A stretch of DNA of 64,000 nucleotides from Methylococcaceae bacterium TMED69. Lineage in GTDB: Bacteria; Pseudomonadota; Gammaproteobacteria; Ga0077536. Shown here in pieces: positions 10,128 to 21,035 of the stretch (its first letter is position 1; each line of letters starts with the position of its first letter). Under the pieces are notes generated by a model. It searched no databases, was not told the origin of the DNA, and saw only the letters and a program-made list of their open reading frames with translations. Both the position numbers and the translations under genes were made by a program. The stretch lies in NCBI GenBank assembly GCA_002170535.1, contig NHDW01000004.1, positions 186,190-250,189 of the forward strand, read 5' to 3'.

Positions 10128-10694
10128 CGATTCAGTCATGAAATCTACGGCATTTCTAACCTCATTGTCGGACAGATCAGGCCTTCCACCTTTAGCTGGC
10201 ATTACTCCAGCCTTACCGATGTACCCGTTAATTGCATTCGCATATAGTTTTTCGTCACCCTTTACTACTCTTGATTTCCAAGCGACGCTGTCACCAAATT
10301 TCGGTGCGCCTGCTACTCCGGCTCCGTGACAAACTGCACATGCGGCTTCGTAGACCTCTTTCCCGGTTTTGCTAACATTTGCTGAAACAGCGGCCGTTAG
10401 GTCTGGCTCCTTTGTAACGTTAATCGGTTTAACTTGATCAGTAACTACACTGCTTGATTCAATAGAGTCAGGTATTAAACTTGGTACTGAACTGACTAAC
10501 AGTTGTTTGCCCGTAGTGTTTTGCCGGCCGACAGTTTGTATTCTTTCAATAATATTTTGGCTTACAACCTCATCTTCTTCGGCATTGTCTGCAACAATCT
10601 GAGCTAAAACAAAAGCTAGTAATCCTGTAACAGTAAGGCCTAATATTAATAATGTGAAAATATGTATAAAGGAAGTATCGTTCGTGTTGTTCAT
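10119..10694 (-). CDS. Cytochrome c5 family
   Basis: CAVCH, GAPKFGD..W and MPAKGG; N-terminal TM helix. Probable start ATG 10694 (track start 10781). Confidence 0.9.
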   Translation of the reverse strand: MNNTNDTSFIHIFTLLILGLTVTGLLAFVLAQIVADNAEEDEVVSQNIIERIQTVGRQNTTGKQLLVSSVPSLIPDSIESSSVVTDQVKPINVTKEPDLTAAVSANVSKTGKEVYEAACAVCHGAGVAGAPKFGDSVAWKSRVVKGDEKLYANAINGYIGKAGVMPAKGGRPDLSDNEVRNAVDFMTESSL

Positions 10695-10790
10695 AGTAAA
10701 GTATTGTTTATTGCTAAATTTACGTTTGAGTCGCTGGTTTAGATTGGCTTTATTATAACTAATTTCACTTTTCTTTGGCAAAATTAATCC

Positions 10791-10818
10791 AAAAAAAAGC
10801 CAACGAATGTTGGCTTTT
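10791..10818 (-). terminator. Intrinsic terminator after pstS (potentially bidirectional)
   Basis: Inverted repeat AAAAGCCAAC-GAAT-GTTGGCTTTT; reads as a hairpin plus an 8-T run on the minus strand. Confidence 0.85.
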
Positions 10819-10840
10819 AATTTTTATTGCTTAAAGATTT

Positions 10841-11806
10841 TTAAATTTGAGAAAGATATTTTGTTACTACACTTTCACTCAAAGGAATATAACCATCTTT
10901 AATCACGACGTCTTGACCTTCTTTTGAGAGAATCATTTTGAGAAATTCTTTCTCGATAGGTGTTAAATCTTTATTAGGAGCTTTATTCACGTATACCCAA
11001 AGAAATCTTCCTAATGGATATTTCCCTGAAACAGCCGCCTCTGGAGTCGCGGGAATGAAACCAGAACCTTTTTTGGAGAGAGCTACGGTCTTTACGCCCG
11101 AGGTTTTATAGCCAATCCCTGAATAACCAATGCCATTTACAGATTTTGTTACTCCTTGAACTACTGATGCAGACCCTGGTTGTTCGTTAACGCTATTTTT
11201 ATAATCGCCTTTACAAAGAGCTTTTTTCTTAAAGTAGCCGTAGGTTCCAGAGACCGAGTTTCTTCCGTAAAGCTGTATCTGCTGAGACGCTAAACTTCCC
11301 TTAACGCCGGCATCACCCCAAGTGATAATGTCACTCTTACCACCACACTTTCGAGTTGCAGAAAAAATAGCATCAACTTGCTTAATGTCCAGTCCTTTAA
11401 TCGGATTATCCTTGTGCACAAATACCGCTAGTGCGTCGATTGCTACAGGAATAGGGGTAGCTTTATAACCATATTTTGCTTCAAAAGCTTCTGATTCCTT
11501 AGATTTCATTTTTCGACTCATTGGGCCAAAATTTGAAGTCCCTTCTATGAGAGCGGGTGGTGCGGTTGAAGAGCCAGCAGCCTGAATTTGCACATTGACG
11601 CTTGGGTAGAATTTTCTGAATGATTCAGCCCATAGTGTCATCAAATTGGCAAGGGTATCTGAACCCACACTAGAGAGATTACCAGAAACCCCTTCAACTT
11701 TTTGATATTGTTTAATGTTTGGGTCTACTTCTAATGCTACGTTGCTTAGTGAAAAGCAGCAAAGCATTGCGAATGCGAGAATTTTTAATTTTTTCAATTT
11801 AATCAC
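10841..11806 (-). CDS. pstS: Phosphate-binding periplasmic protein, PstS family
   Basis: [26 protein letters not shown] and [12 protein letters not shown]; signal peptide. Confidence 0.92.
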   Translation of the reverse strand: MIKLKKLKILAFAMLCCFSLSNVALEVDPNIKQYQKVEGVSGNLSSVGSDTLANLMTLWAESFRKFYPSVNVQIQAAGSSTAPPALIEGTSNFGPMSRKMKSKESEAFEAKYGYKATPIPVAIDALAVFVHKDNPIKGLDIKQVDAIFSATRKCGGKSDIITWGDAGVKGSLASQQIQLYGRNSVSGTYGYFKKKALCKGDYKNSVNEQPGSASVVQGVTKSVNGIGYSGIGYKTSGVKTVALSKKGSGFIPATPEAAVSGKYPLGRFLWVYVNKAPNKDLTPIEKEFLKMILSKEGQDVVIKDGYIPLSESVVTKYLSQI

Positions 11807-11837
11807 CTTAATAATTAATAATTTAAACCGGACCTTA

Positions 11838-11871
11838 AAACTATCGGTAATTTATTACAGATTCGTTACAA
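11838..11871 (-). promoter_or_regulatory. Pho box and -10 element upstream of pstS
   Basis: Minus strand reads TTGTAAC-GAAT-CTGTAAT (11871-11854), then 10 nt, then TAGTTT (11843-11838). This matches PhoB direct-repeat geometry. Confidence 0.75.
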
Positions 11872-12519
11872 TTTTGATTTGCGGTTAGGATTATTTTTGA
11901 TGTTTTTTTTGGCTAGATAATCTATGACTTCAATCAGTTTTTTATAACTGCCAGCCATTCTGGGGGAACTTGCGTATTCACCTCCTACTATGATTGCGGG
12001 CACTCCTCGTATTCCAGAGCTTTTAGTAATGGCCATTGCTTTTTTTACTTGCAAATCGGTTTTAAAAGAACTGAAGGATTTTTCAAATTCGTTTCTTGGT
12101 ATACCTATATCGGAGGCAAATTTTATTAACTTGCTTTTTGTGTAGACCTTCTTTCTATCGACATGGATCGCTTTAAATAAATTTTCATGGAGTGTATCAA
12201 AGTAGCCAACATTTTGGGCTGAATAAAAAGCTTTGGCATGCGGAATCCAGTTTTTTGAAAAAACAGCTGGCACTTGTGTTAGATTTACTTTTTTGTCGTT
12301 TTGGTTGACCCATCTTTTTAAGTATGGCTCAAATTCAAAACAATGAGGACATCCGTACCAGAACAGTTCAACGATTTCTAATTTACTAGAGTCGTTTACT
12401 TCTTTAAGTGGTGGCTCGAGTTTTTCGTAATGCACTCCTTCTGCGAACTCACCTTTTGCATTCGATATAAACAAAAGTGCAATTATCAATGGAATAAAGT
12501 ATTGCATAATTTTTTGCAT
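11866..12519 (-). CDS. dsbA: Thiol:disulfide interchange protein DsbA
   Basis: ELFWYGCPHC and the cis-Pro motif GVPA; signal peptide; downstream of cytochrome c4. Confidence 0.93.
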   Translation of the reverse strand: MQKIMQYFIPLIIALLFISNAKGEFAEGVHYEKLEPPLKEVNDSSKLEIVELFWYGCPHCFEFEPYLKRWVNQNDKKVNLTQVPAVFSKNWIPHAKAFYSAQNVGYFDTLHENLFKAIHVDRKKVYTKSKLIKFASDIGIPRNEFEKSFSSFKTDLQVKKAMAITKSSGIRGVPAIIVGGEYASSPRMAGSYKKLIEVIDYLAKKNIKNNPNRKSKL

Positions 12520-12527
12520 TTCGTTGA

Positions 12528-13100
12528 TTAATAAAGTGAAGAAATATACTCTGATAAGTCGTTGATCTCGTTGCTTGATAGCATAGCTGAAATTGAATTC
12601 ATCATATTATGCTTCCGGGTTCCGTTTTTGTAGTTATTAAGCTGAGAGGCTGTATACATTGCATGCTGTCCTCTTAAAGCTGGATACTTTGCGGGGCTGT
12701 TCCCCGCACCATTCGGACCATGGCAAGACATACATGCGGGTATACCTTTTTCTGGATTTCCACCTCTATATAGTTTTTGTCCAGAAATATTTATTTCTGC
12801 AACTGAAGATATTTTAATGGGCATCTTTGAATAATAATCTGCTATTTCCCACATGTCTTTTTCTGAAAGGGAGTTAGCTATTGGCCACATTATAGCGTTA
12901 TTTCTTGCCTTTGATTTAAAAGCAGCTAGTTGTTGATATGTATATTCTGCTCCTTGGCCAGCCAGATTAGGCCAAATTGGGTTTACACTATTTCCATCAG
13001 TACCATGGCAAGCGGTGCAAACCGCTACTTTGCCATCGCTAGCAACTGCCACTACCGATTGGAAAATTAAAATTATTGTAAATATAATGCTCCGTTTCAT
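12528..13100 (-). CDS. Di-heme cytochrome c4
   Basis: Two CxxCH motifs (CTACH, CMSCH), PNLAGQ and PALRGQ. Probable start ATG 13100. Confidence 0.92.
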   Translation of the reverse strand: MKRSIIFTIILIFQSVVAVASDGKVAVCTACHGTDGNSVNPIWPNLAGQGAEYTYQQLAAFKSKARNNAIMWPIANSLSEKDMWEIADYYSKMPIKISSVAEINISGQKLYRGGNPEKGIPACMSCHGPNGAGNSPAKYPALRGQHAMYTASQLNNYKNGTRKHNMMNSISAMLSSNEINDLSEYISSLY

Positions 13101-13212
13101 ATCTTCTTCTCGATGAAATAATCTTTCTTGTTTATTATACACTTGTAAATACAAATTTTCTTTAGGTTTATTACGAATGTTTTTAAGTGACAGCGCATCA
13201 AGAATTTATTAA

Positions 13213-13848
13213 ATGTATCAAAATCAAAATATACTGAAGTATTTTCAACAGGCTCAGTTTTTAACGAGCGTCCCCAATTTCTCGCTTTTACCAGCCGATA
13301 GTGGCTCGGAGGTAGTCTTTGTTGGACGTTCTAATAGTGGTAAATCTTCAACAATTAATTCTCTATGTTCGAGAAAAAATCTTGCTCGAACCAGTCGAAC
13401 ACCAGGACGAACCCAGCAATTTAACTGTTTTAATCTAGAAGCGGATCGCCGATTAGTTGATGTTCCTGGATTTGGCTACGCTAAGGTGTCTAGGGCAATA
13501 AGAACACGATGGGAAAAAGAAATGTCGACCTACCTTCAATACAGAAAATCTTTAAAGGGATTGGTTCTGACAATGGACATTAGGCATCCTATGAGAGAGG
13601 TTGAACAAAGTATTTTAACCTGGTCAACAGAGGCTCAGCTTCCAACGGTTGTACTATTAAATAAATCTGATAAAACAAAACGAAACTATAATATAGCAAC
13701 GTTGTCAAAAGTTAAGGATTATTTCCGAGAAATCGACAAGAATTACGAATCAAATATTATAATTTTTTCTGCAAAATTTGGGAATGGACTAGATGATCTA
13801 GCTTCTCTGCTAATCCGATGGCTTGATAAAAATCAAATTGATTTTTAA
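13213..13848 (+). CDS. engB: Ribosome biogenesis GTPase EngB/YihA
   Basis: GRSNSGKSS, SRTPGRTQ, DVPGFGYA and NKSDK; divergent from cytochrome c4. Confidence 0.93.
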   Translation: MYQNQNILKYFQQAQFLTSVPNFSLLPADSGSEVVFVGRSNSGKSSTINSLCSRKNLARTSRTPGRTQQFNCFNLEADRRLVDVPGFGYAKVSRAIRTRWEKEMSTYLQYRKSLKGLVLTMDIRHPMREVEQSILTWSTEAQLPTVVLLNKSDKTKRNYNIATLSKVKDYFREIDKNYESNIIIFSAKFGNGLDDLASLLIRWLDKNQIDF

Positions 13849-13875
13849 TGTCAAAGAGGATTCGGTTTGATTAGC

Positions 13876-14643
13876 TCAAAATTCTATTGATGCCAATACG
13901 GGAGTATGGTCAGATGGTTTTTCCCATCCCCTAGGAGCAGGGTCAATCCAACAGTCGTAGCTTAACTGGTTCTTACTATGAGCTAGAATCAGGTCAATTC
14001 TCAGTCCTCTATTTCTCCTAAAGCTCGCTGCTCTGTAATCCCACCAGCTGAAGGCTTGTAAAGTTTTATTTGTATGTCTGAATAAATCAATGAATCCTAT
14101 TGATTTCAGTTTTTCGATGTATTTCCTCTCTGTTGGAGTGCATAATATTTTGTCTTCCCATTCTTCAGGATCATGTACATCTAAATCATCAGGTGCAATG
14201 TTAAAATCACCAAGAAGAAATACGTTCTCAAATTCCTCGCATCTTTCCGTGATCCAATTGCTAAATGAATTGAGCCACCTTAACTTGTAATGGAATTTTT
14301 CACTTCCCACGGAAGACCCATTTGGCACATACATATTAACAAATAAAGATTCATCCTTTGTAATCGCAATTAACCGCTTTTGTTCGTCATCTAACCCCTT
14401 TAATTCTTTGCAAAACAGCTTTGCCTGATTATTAAACAATATGCAAACACCATTGTATGACTTTTGACCCGTAAACTCTGCTTGGAAACCAAGTTCAGAG
14501 AATACTTCTTCGGGAAAATCAGCGTCCTGTACTTTAGTTTCCTGTAGGCACAAGATATTTACAGTATTTTTTTCTAACCATAATTTGAGGTGGTCGAGCC
14601 TTGACCTAATTGAATTAACATTCCAGGTAGCGATAGTGGTCAT
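13876..14643 (-). CDS. xthA: Exodeoxyribonuclease III
   Basis: ATWNVNS, LQETK, GDFNIAP, GLRIDLI and SDHTPV. Confidence 0.93.
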   Translation of the reverse strand: MTTIATWNVNSIRSRLDHLKLWLEKNTVNILCLQETKVQDADFPEEVFSELGFQAEFTGQKSYNGVCILFNNQAKLFCKELKGLDDEQKRLIAITKDESLFVNMYVPNGSSVGSEKFHYKLRWLNSFSNWITERCEEFENVFLLGDFNIAPDDLDVHDPEEWEDKILCTPTERKYIEKLKSIGFIDLFRHTNKTLQAFSWWDYRAASFRRNRGLRIDLILAHSKNQLSYDCWIDPAPRGWEKPSDHTPVLASIEF

Positions 14644-14659
14644 AAATGATTTCTACTTT

Positions 14660-15400
14660 TTATCCTTTACAAGCATTGCAATCTGGATCTTTTTTTAGCT
14701 TTAGGGTCGTCCATTCTACTAACTGGGAATCATAAAGCAAGAGTCTTCCATCTAATGTTGTGCCAAAATCAGCAATAATTTTTAAGGTTTCAATAACCTG
14801 CATACTCGCTATGACACCTAATAAAGGCGATAAAATGCCATTTGTTGAACAGTTGTCTTCCAAATCAAAATTGGAAGAGTCAAAAAGACAATGGTAGCAC
14901 GGCGAATCCGGCTTCAGATTAAATACGCTTATTTGCCCCTCAAAACGCACTGCGGCTCCTGAAACAAGAGGAATTTTATTTTTAAGTGATAGCTCGTTTA
15001 AAAAAAAACGTGTTTCGAAATTGTCACTTGCGTCAATAAAGACATTAGCATCTTGTATTAACTCTGTTGAGCATTTTTGTACTTTTTCAATACAGGTATC
15101 TATCTTGACGAGTGGGTTAAGCTTCTGTAAGAATTTTTGTGCTATCAGGGCTTTTTTCTTTCCGATATCTTCTGTTTGAAAAATAATTTGACGTTGAAGA
15201 TTAGAAATTTCTACTTCGTCGTGATCGATTAAAACGATTCGCCCAATACCAGACGATGCCAAATACATTGAAATGACCGAACCAAGCCCTCCTAGACCGA
15301 TAAGAACAGCTTTAGAGCTGTTGATTTTTTCTTGACCCTCTATATCTATTTGGGGAAGTAAAATATGTCTGCTGTACCTAAGTAACTCGTTGTCTTTCAA
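14660..15400 (-). CDS. moeB: MoeB/ThiF-family adenylyltransferase
   Basis: RYSRHILL, GLGGLG, SNLQRQ, SDNFETR and two CxxC motifs. Confidence 0.85.
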   Translation of the reverse strand: MKDNELLRYSRHILLPQIDIEGQEKINSSKAVLIGLGGLGSVISMYLASSGIGRIVLIDHDEVEISNLQRQIIFQTEDIGKKKALIAQKFLQKLNPLVKIDTCIEKVQKCSTELIQDANVFIDASDNFETRFFLNELSLKNKIPLVSGAAVRFEGQISVFNLKPDSPCYHCLFDSSNFDLEDNCSTNGILSPLLGVIASMQVIETLKIIADFGTTLDGRLLLYDSQLVEWTTLKLKKDPDCNACKG

Positions 15401-15422
15401 AAATCATCCTTTCTAAAACGAT

Positions 15423-16265
15423 TTAATATTTCTGCCATCCAATAGTCACACGTTCGGATTTGTTAAGGTCGCGAAATGTATTAATTCGGTTGAACCCGTT
15501 CTTCTTTAAATGAGACCTAACCAGCCCTGCTTGCGTCTCACCATGTTCTAAAAGTATTTTACCTTTCCTGGTAAGAAACCTTGGAGCTTTAGAGATAATT
15601 TTTTCGAGGTCAAAAAATCCTTTATTACGACTGTAAAGACTTATATTTGGTTCAAAACGAATACTATCAGATAACGATTTATCGATAGTATTGCTTACAT
15701 AGGGTGGGTTACTTATAACCATATGAAAAAAATTTTCCATTCCGATAGGTGAAAACCAATCACCCACGCAGAGGTTTACGTTTGTAATTGTCAAATCATT
15801 GAGGTTTTTTTGGGCAACTCTTATTGCGTCTCGGCTCAACTCGATGGCTACAATTAGGGCTTCGGGTCTTTCTTTTGCAATTGAGGCTGCAATATTTCCA
15901 GAGCCAGTGCCTAATTCTAAAATATTAATTCTTGATGATGTTTTGGACTCTTCGAGAGCCAAATCAACAAGTATTTCGGTTTCTGGGCGAGGAACAAGAA
16001 CAGATTGGTCCACGAAGAAGTTAAGTGATCGGAATTCTTTATGGTTCAGCAAGTAGGCGACAGGCACACCGATTGATCTTTTTTTTATTAATTCGAAGAA
16101 ACTTGATATTTGTTTATCTGTCGTAATCTCATTAAGTCTACAGTAAAGTTGTTCCCGATCCATTTGAAGTATGGAGCATAGGAGTAGTTCGGAGTCGAGT
16201 TGAGCTGATTGAGAATTACTAAGTTCTAATGCTCCGTTTTTTATTAGTTTTTTGATTGTAAGCAT
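15423..16265 (-). CDS. prmC: Release factor glutamine methyltransferase
   Basis: LVPRPETE, ELGTGSG and SNPPY; follows prfA. Confidence 0.95.
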   Translation of the reverse strand: MLTIKKLIKNGALELSNSQSAQLDSELLLCSILQMDREQLYCRLNEITTDKQISSFFELIKKRSIGVPVAYLLNHKEFRSLNFFVDQSVLVPRPETEILVDLALEESKTSSRINILELGTGSGNIAASIAKERPEALIVAIELSRDAIRVAQKNLNDLTITNVNLCVGDWFSPIGMENFFHMVISNPPYVSNTIDKSLSDSIRFEPNISLYSRNKGFFDLEKIISKAPRFLTRKGKILLEHGETQAGLVRSHLKKNGFNRINTFRDLNKSERVTIGWQKY

Positions 16266-16270
16266 AACAT

Positions 16271-17359
16271 TCAGTTTTTTTCAGTAATATTCGACATTAA
16301 ATTTAATTGATGTTCCTCCTGCAATGGGTTGATTACCATCTCTAGTTCCCCATCAAGAATTTGTTCGATCTTATAAAGTGTCAAATTAACTCTATGGTCT
16401 GTCATCCTACCTTGGGGAAAATTATATGTCCTTATGCGTTCAGACCTGTCACCACTACCTACTAGAGATTTTCGGGTATCTGCTTGTTCCCTTCTCTGTT
16501 TTTCTTTTTCATTACTTAGAAGTTTTGCATTAAGTAAACTCATAGCCCTAGCCCTATTTTTATGCTGTGACCGTTCATCTTGACATTCGATTACCGTCCC
16601 AGTGGGTAGGTGGGTTATTCGAATCGCAGAGTCTGTTTTATTAACGTGTTGGCCCCCTGCGCCGGATGCTCGATAGGTGTCTATCCGCAGGTCGCTTTGA
16701 TTAATTTCTATACTATTTACTTCAGAAACTTCCGGTAGTACAGCTACGGTGCAAGCGGACGTGTGGACACGACCTTGTGATTCAGTTTCTGGGACTCTCT
16801 GAACCCGATGAGCTCCAGACTCAAATTTAAGCTTAGAATAGACATCTTTGCCTGAAATCTTGCAGACAATCTCTTTGAATCCTCCAATCTCCCCTTCGCT
16901 TTTTGAAATTATTTCTGCTTTCCATTTTTGTCTTTCAGAGAATTTCAGATACATCCTTAGTAAGTCATTAACAAAAAGCGCGGCTTCATCCCCCCCTGTA
17001 CCGGCTCGTATTTCTAAAAATATATTTGCTTGGTCGTCGGGGTCGTTAGAGATGAGCATTTTTTTTAGGTTTGTTTCTAACTCAATTAGTTCATTTTTGA
17101 TTACAATTAGTTCTTCCTCCCCTAGTTTCTTAATATTAGGGTCTGAATCTAAAAGAAGCTCCTTAGCTCCAATAATGTCATTTTGTTTCTTTTTAATTAC
17201 TCTAAAACACTCGGTTATTGGAGTTAGTTCTGACAATTCCTTGGATTGTTCAATGAATTTTTGATGATTTTTAATTATTTCGGGATCTGAAAGATTCTGC
17301 TCTAATTCAATCTTTCTAGCACAAATACTGTCAAGTCTTGTCAGTAGGGCTTTTTCCAT
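16271..17359 (-). CDS. prfA: Peptide chain release factor 1
   Basis: [13 protein letters not shown] (PxT) and hemA-prfA-prmC order. Confidence 0.97.
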   Translation of the reverse strand: MEKALLTRLDSICARKIELEQNLSDPEIIKNHQKFIEQSKELSELTPITECFRVIKKKQNDIIGAKELLLDSDPNIKKLGEEELIVIKNELIELETNLKKMLISNDPDDQANIFLEIRAGTGGDEAALFVNDLLRMYLKFSERQKWKAEIISKSEGEIGGFKEIVCKISGKDVYSKLKFESGAHRVQRVPETESQGRVHTSACTVAVLPEVSEVNSIEINQSDLRIDTYRASGAGGQHVNKTDSAIRITHLPTGTVIECQDERSQHKNRARAMSLLNAKLLSNEKEKQRREQADTRKSLVGSGDRSERIRTYNFPQGRMTDHRVNLTLYKIEQILDGELEMVINPLQEEHQLNLMSNITEKN

Positions 17360-17363
17360 TTTT

Positions 17364-18620
17364 TTATCGACTTTCTACATCGATGCCAAGTATATCGATT
17401 GCTTTGCTCAATACTTCTGCCTCGTCGGCATATTCTTTGAGTTTTGACGTTGGGGTATGGATTAATTTTCTACTTAACCTTTTACCCATCGTTCGTATAA
17501 CTTTTTCTACATCTGAGCCTTTTCTAAGTTCTTTTAAAGCAATTTCAATTTCTTTATTACTAAGGTCTTCTGCTTGAGCACGATAGCAGTTAATAAATTG
17601 ATTGATGCTTTGAATTTTTTCCCATTCCAAAAAATCTGAGGTTTTGAAATTTACTATTTCTTCAGCTTCGATTGATGCTGCGGATCTGGCGCCAATATTT
17701 GATTCGACTATAATTTTTAGGTCATCTATGGTGTACAAGAACGATGATTCAAGAGACCCAACGCTTTCTTCAATATTCCTTGGAACACCTAAATCGACAA
17801 AAAATATTGGACGCCCTTTTCTTTTTTTAATTGATAATTTTGCAATATCCAAACTGATAATAGGTTTTCTCGTGGTAACTGAAGAAATTACAATATCCGC
17901 TAACTGTAAAAATTTTGGAATATCGGTCAGTTCAATCGTGTCACCACCGCACACCTTCGTGACTAACTCTGATTTAGTTCTTGTTCGATTGGCAACGTAT
18001 ATCTTACCTATATTAGTTTGGCTAAGATGTCGTGCGACCAAAGTTGTTGTTTGACCGGCTCCTACGATCAGGGCAGTTGAATTCGCGAGGTCACCATGTA
18101 TTTGTTGAGCTAATTTGGTAGCAGCAAACGCAACGGAGACGGGAGATTGCCCTATTTCTGTCTTTGTGCGGATAATTTTTGAAGTGGTAAAGGCATCTTG
18201 CATTAATTTATTTATGAATTTTCCTGCCGTGCCAACTTCCAGCGCAACTTTATAAGCTTTTTTCAATTGTCCAAGAATCTGAGGCTCGCCCACAACAAGC
18301 GAGTCAAGACCACTTCCGACTCTTAATGCATGTCTAACCGCATATTCGTTGCTGAGACTGTAGAAATGCGGCTTTAAAGTATCTATGTCTAGATTCAAAT
18401 AATATGCTAGCCATCTTATGGGTTTTTCTTCAAGGCCCGTATCTAATTTACAGTACAATTCGGTCCTGTTACACGTTGAAACAATCATGGACTCATCTAT
18501 GCCATCGATTGCGTTTAATTGGGGCAATGCTTTCTTTAATTCATTTGAATCGAATGATAGCAACTCTCTTATCTGAATTGGGGCAGTTTTATGGCTTAGC
18601 CCTTGGACAAGTAAACTCAT
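17364..18620 (-). CDS. hemA: Glutamyl-tRNA reductase
   Basis: [26 protein letters not shown] and DLGVPRN. Confidence 0.96.
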   Translation of the reverse strand: MSLLVQGLSHKTAPIQIRELLSFDSNELKKALPQLNAIDGIDESMIVSTCNRTELYCKLDTGLEEKPIRWLAYYLNLDIDTLKPHFYSLSNEYAVRHALRVGSGLDSLVVGEPQILGQLKKAYKVALEVGTAGKFINKLMQDAFTTSKIIRTKTEIGQSPVSVAFAATKLAQQIHGDLANSTALIVGAGQTTTLVARHLSQTNIGKIYVANRTRTKSELVTKVCGGDTIELTDIPKFLQLADIVISSVTTRKPIISLDIAKLSIKKRKGRPIFFVDLGVPRNIEESVGSLESSFLYTIDDLKIIVESNIGARSAASIEAEEIVNFKTSDFLEWEKIQSINQFINCYRAQAEDLSNKEIEIALKELRKGSDVEKVIRTMGKRLSRKLIHTPTSKLKEYADEAEVLSKAIDILGIDVESR

Positions 18621-18795
18621 GGTTGTTTTTTTAAAAATAAAACCTCAGGGTTAATTATAAGTTATTTCTAGTATTTATTACTATAGCTACCTTGTATATT
18701 GTCAGATTCTCATAAATCGGGAGGTTTGGCTAAATTCTTGAGCCCAAGTCGGTGATAATTTATTCTAGAACAAGTAAATTAGCAGGAAATAAGAA

Positions 18796-20463
18796 TTGAG
18801 AACATCTATTTTAATGAATAAGTTTATTTATTTTTCTTCAATTCTTTCTGCTTTGCCACTGATTTTTATGTTTATAATGCTCGGTCAGCCTGTATCGCCA
18901 AATGCAACTGGGTTGAGTACGACCGATTCTCAAAAACAGTTTAGAAACTCCTGGCTATATTTAATTATGTCGTCGGAATATGCAAATTATTCAAAAAATT
19001 TCCGACTTGCAGCGATTGATTATCTAAAGCTCTATGAGCTAACAAAAAATGTTGATGTTCTGAATCACTTAATAAGCGCATTTATAGCTAGCGAAGATTT
19101 TGAAAATGCATTGTTATTTCTAGATGAACAACTTAGCCATCAGGAAACAGATGATTTGTTGGCACTAAAACTTGCCCTCTTATTTAAGTATGAAATAGTA
19201 ATTAAAGATAAAGCTATGGATCAAGTTTTTGATTTCCATTCCAAATTGGCTGAAAAAAAAGTCTTGGCTTATCTAGAGCTACTCAATTTTACCCCTTCCC
19301 AATATTCACTTGCTATTAATATCTTTCGTCGCGAGAGAAATAATATTTCTTTGGAAAACCCAGATGAATTTCTTCTTTACTTAATGTTGGCCAGTAATTC
19401 TTGGGACGAGGCACTATCCCAAATTAAAAAGTTTAAGGAATTTGGCTTAATACAGGCTGATAGCGCAGATATTGTTTTTAAAGAACTCTTAAAAAGAGGT
19501 TCTACCAGTGTCTTATTAAATTGGGTTGAATCCCTAGAAAGGAAGCATGGTCTCAAACCGCATTTACTGATGATGAAAGCAGAAATATTTAGGGCGCAAA
19601 GAAAGAATAACCTTGCGCTTCTCACATTAACAAATGCAGTTAAAATTTTTCCTAAAAATAATCAATTGGTTTTCGCAAAAGCAGTTTTCTTATTCGATAA
19701 TAATTTGTTGGATGAGGCTAGAAATACTCTAAATCTATTGCTAACGAATAGTTACAGGCGTAACGAGGTCTATTTTCTTCTAGGTGCTATCGCCGAAGCA
19801 GACAAGCTATACCCTAGAGCAGTTGAGCATTTGTTATCAATAACCAACTATGACCCTGATATATACTTTATCTCTCGAAAAAAAATAGCCCAATTAATGT
19901 GCTCTGCTGGTCAATTTGACGAAGCTTTGGAATTATTGAATTGGCTTCAAATAGACTTCCCAGCTAAATTTATTGAGGTCGGTCAGTTTAAAGCTGATCT
20001 CTTAATAAATAAAAATCAGTTTGAACTAGCGATGACCGTTCTTAATGATGATTTGTCAAAATTGGATTTTGATCGCGATCTTGTTTATACAAGAGCCCTT
20101 GTTGCTGATAGACTCGGTAAAATTAAGTTGCTAGAGAAGGATCTAAGAAAAATTTTATCAATTTTTCCGAATGATGCAGATGCATTAAATGCTCTTGGTT
20201 ATTCTCTTACAAATTTAACTAGTCGTTACAAAGAAGCCTATCAGCTGATAAGTAAAGCCCTTGAGATTAAGTCGGATAGTTTTTATATCCTCGATAGCAT
20301 GGGTTGGGTTTATTTTAAATTGGGAGACCTCGAGCGCTCGATTTTCTATCTTGAAAAAGCTTACGAACTAAGTCAAGACGATGAAATTACTCAACATTTG
20401 GTTGAGGCTCTGAATGCTAATGGCGATTTTGAAAAAGCCAGAATTATTTTGGAAAAATCGTGA
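18796..20463 (+). CDS. Tetratricopeptide repeat protein
   Basis: C-terminal ALNALGYSL and ILDSMGWVYFKLG; typical slot between hemA and lolB/ispE. Start uncertain (ATG 18814 possible). Confidence 0.85.
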   Translation: MRTSILMNKFIYFSSILSALPLIFMFIMLGQPVSPNATGLSTTDSQKQFRNSWLYLIMSSEYANYSKNFRLAAIDYLKLYELTKNVDVLNHLISAFIASEDFENALLFLDEQLSHQETDDLLALKLALLFKYEIVIKDKAMDQVFDFHSKLAEKKVLAYLELLNFTPSQYSLAINIFRRERNNISLENPDEFLLYLMLASNSWDEALSQIKKFKEFGLIQADSADIVFKELLKRGSTSVLLNWVESLERKHGLKPHLLMMKAEIFRAQRKNNLALLTLTNAVKIFPKNNQLVFAKAVFLFDNNLLDEARNTLNLLLTNSYRRNEVYFLLGAIAEADKLYPRAVEHLLSITNYDPDIYFISRKKIAQLMCSAGQFDEALELLNWLQIDFPAKFIEVGQFKADLLINKNQFELAMTVLNDDLSKLDFDRDLVYTRALVADRLGKIKLLEKDLRKILSIFPNDADALNALGYSLTNLTSRYKEAYQLISKALEIKSDSFYILDSMGWVYFKLGDLERSIFYLEKAYELSQDDEITQHLVEALNANGDFEKARIILEKS

Positions 20464-21035
20464 GGATTCTTTTTTATATATTCTTTGTATTTATGTTTTT
20501 TGTTTTAGGGTGCTCTTCTGTTAATAAATTCCATCGAACGAAAAACGATGTGTCGCTGCAAGGAGCTGATACATCCCCCTATAACCATAATTTAAATTAT
20601 TATGGTAAAGGAAGTATAAATTACCGCGGTGAACTAATTATCTTTATATTTAGATGGATCAATCGAGAAAATATAATTTCACTAGTAATCAAAGACCCTT
20701 TTGAAATGAATGAAATACTAATTACGTTAGATAGCGGAAATGTTTCCATGGATCTTAAAAAAATCTCCTGGGGTCGGTTTCAAATTCATATAGAATCATT
20801 TAGGGATAATTCATTATCGAGAAAAGCTCTAAAGGAAGTATTGCTGTGGATAAATAAGAGCATTCATTCTGAGTTTGCAAATAAATCAGAATATTACTCT
20901 TGCCACAAAACCATAAAAAAGTTGTATTGGCAGGGTCAGATTGATGGTTGCAGTCGAAGTGGTAAAAAAATAAACTTGCAAAGGAAAGATTTAAATATCA
21001 ATCTGTTTTTTTTTAGACAAAATGGAGAAAATTGA
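20460..21035 (+). CDS. Lipoprotein, possibly a diverged LolB
   Basis: Lipobox VLGC and position directly before ispE; LolB motifs are barely recognisable. Confidence 0.5.
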   Translation: MRILFYIFFVFMFFVLGCSSVNKFHRTKNDVSLQGADTSPYNHNLNYYGKGSINYRGELIIFIFRWINRENIISLVIKDPFEMNEILITLDSGNVSMDLKKISWGRFQIHIESFRDNSLSRKALKEVLLWINKSIHSEFANKSEYYSCHKTIKKLYWQGQIDGCSRSGKKINLQRKDLNINLFFFRQNGEN

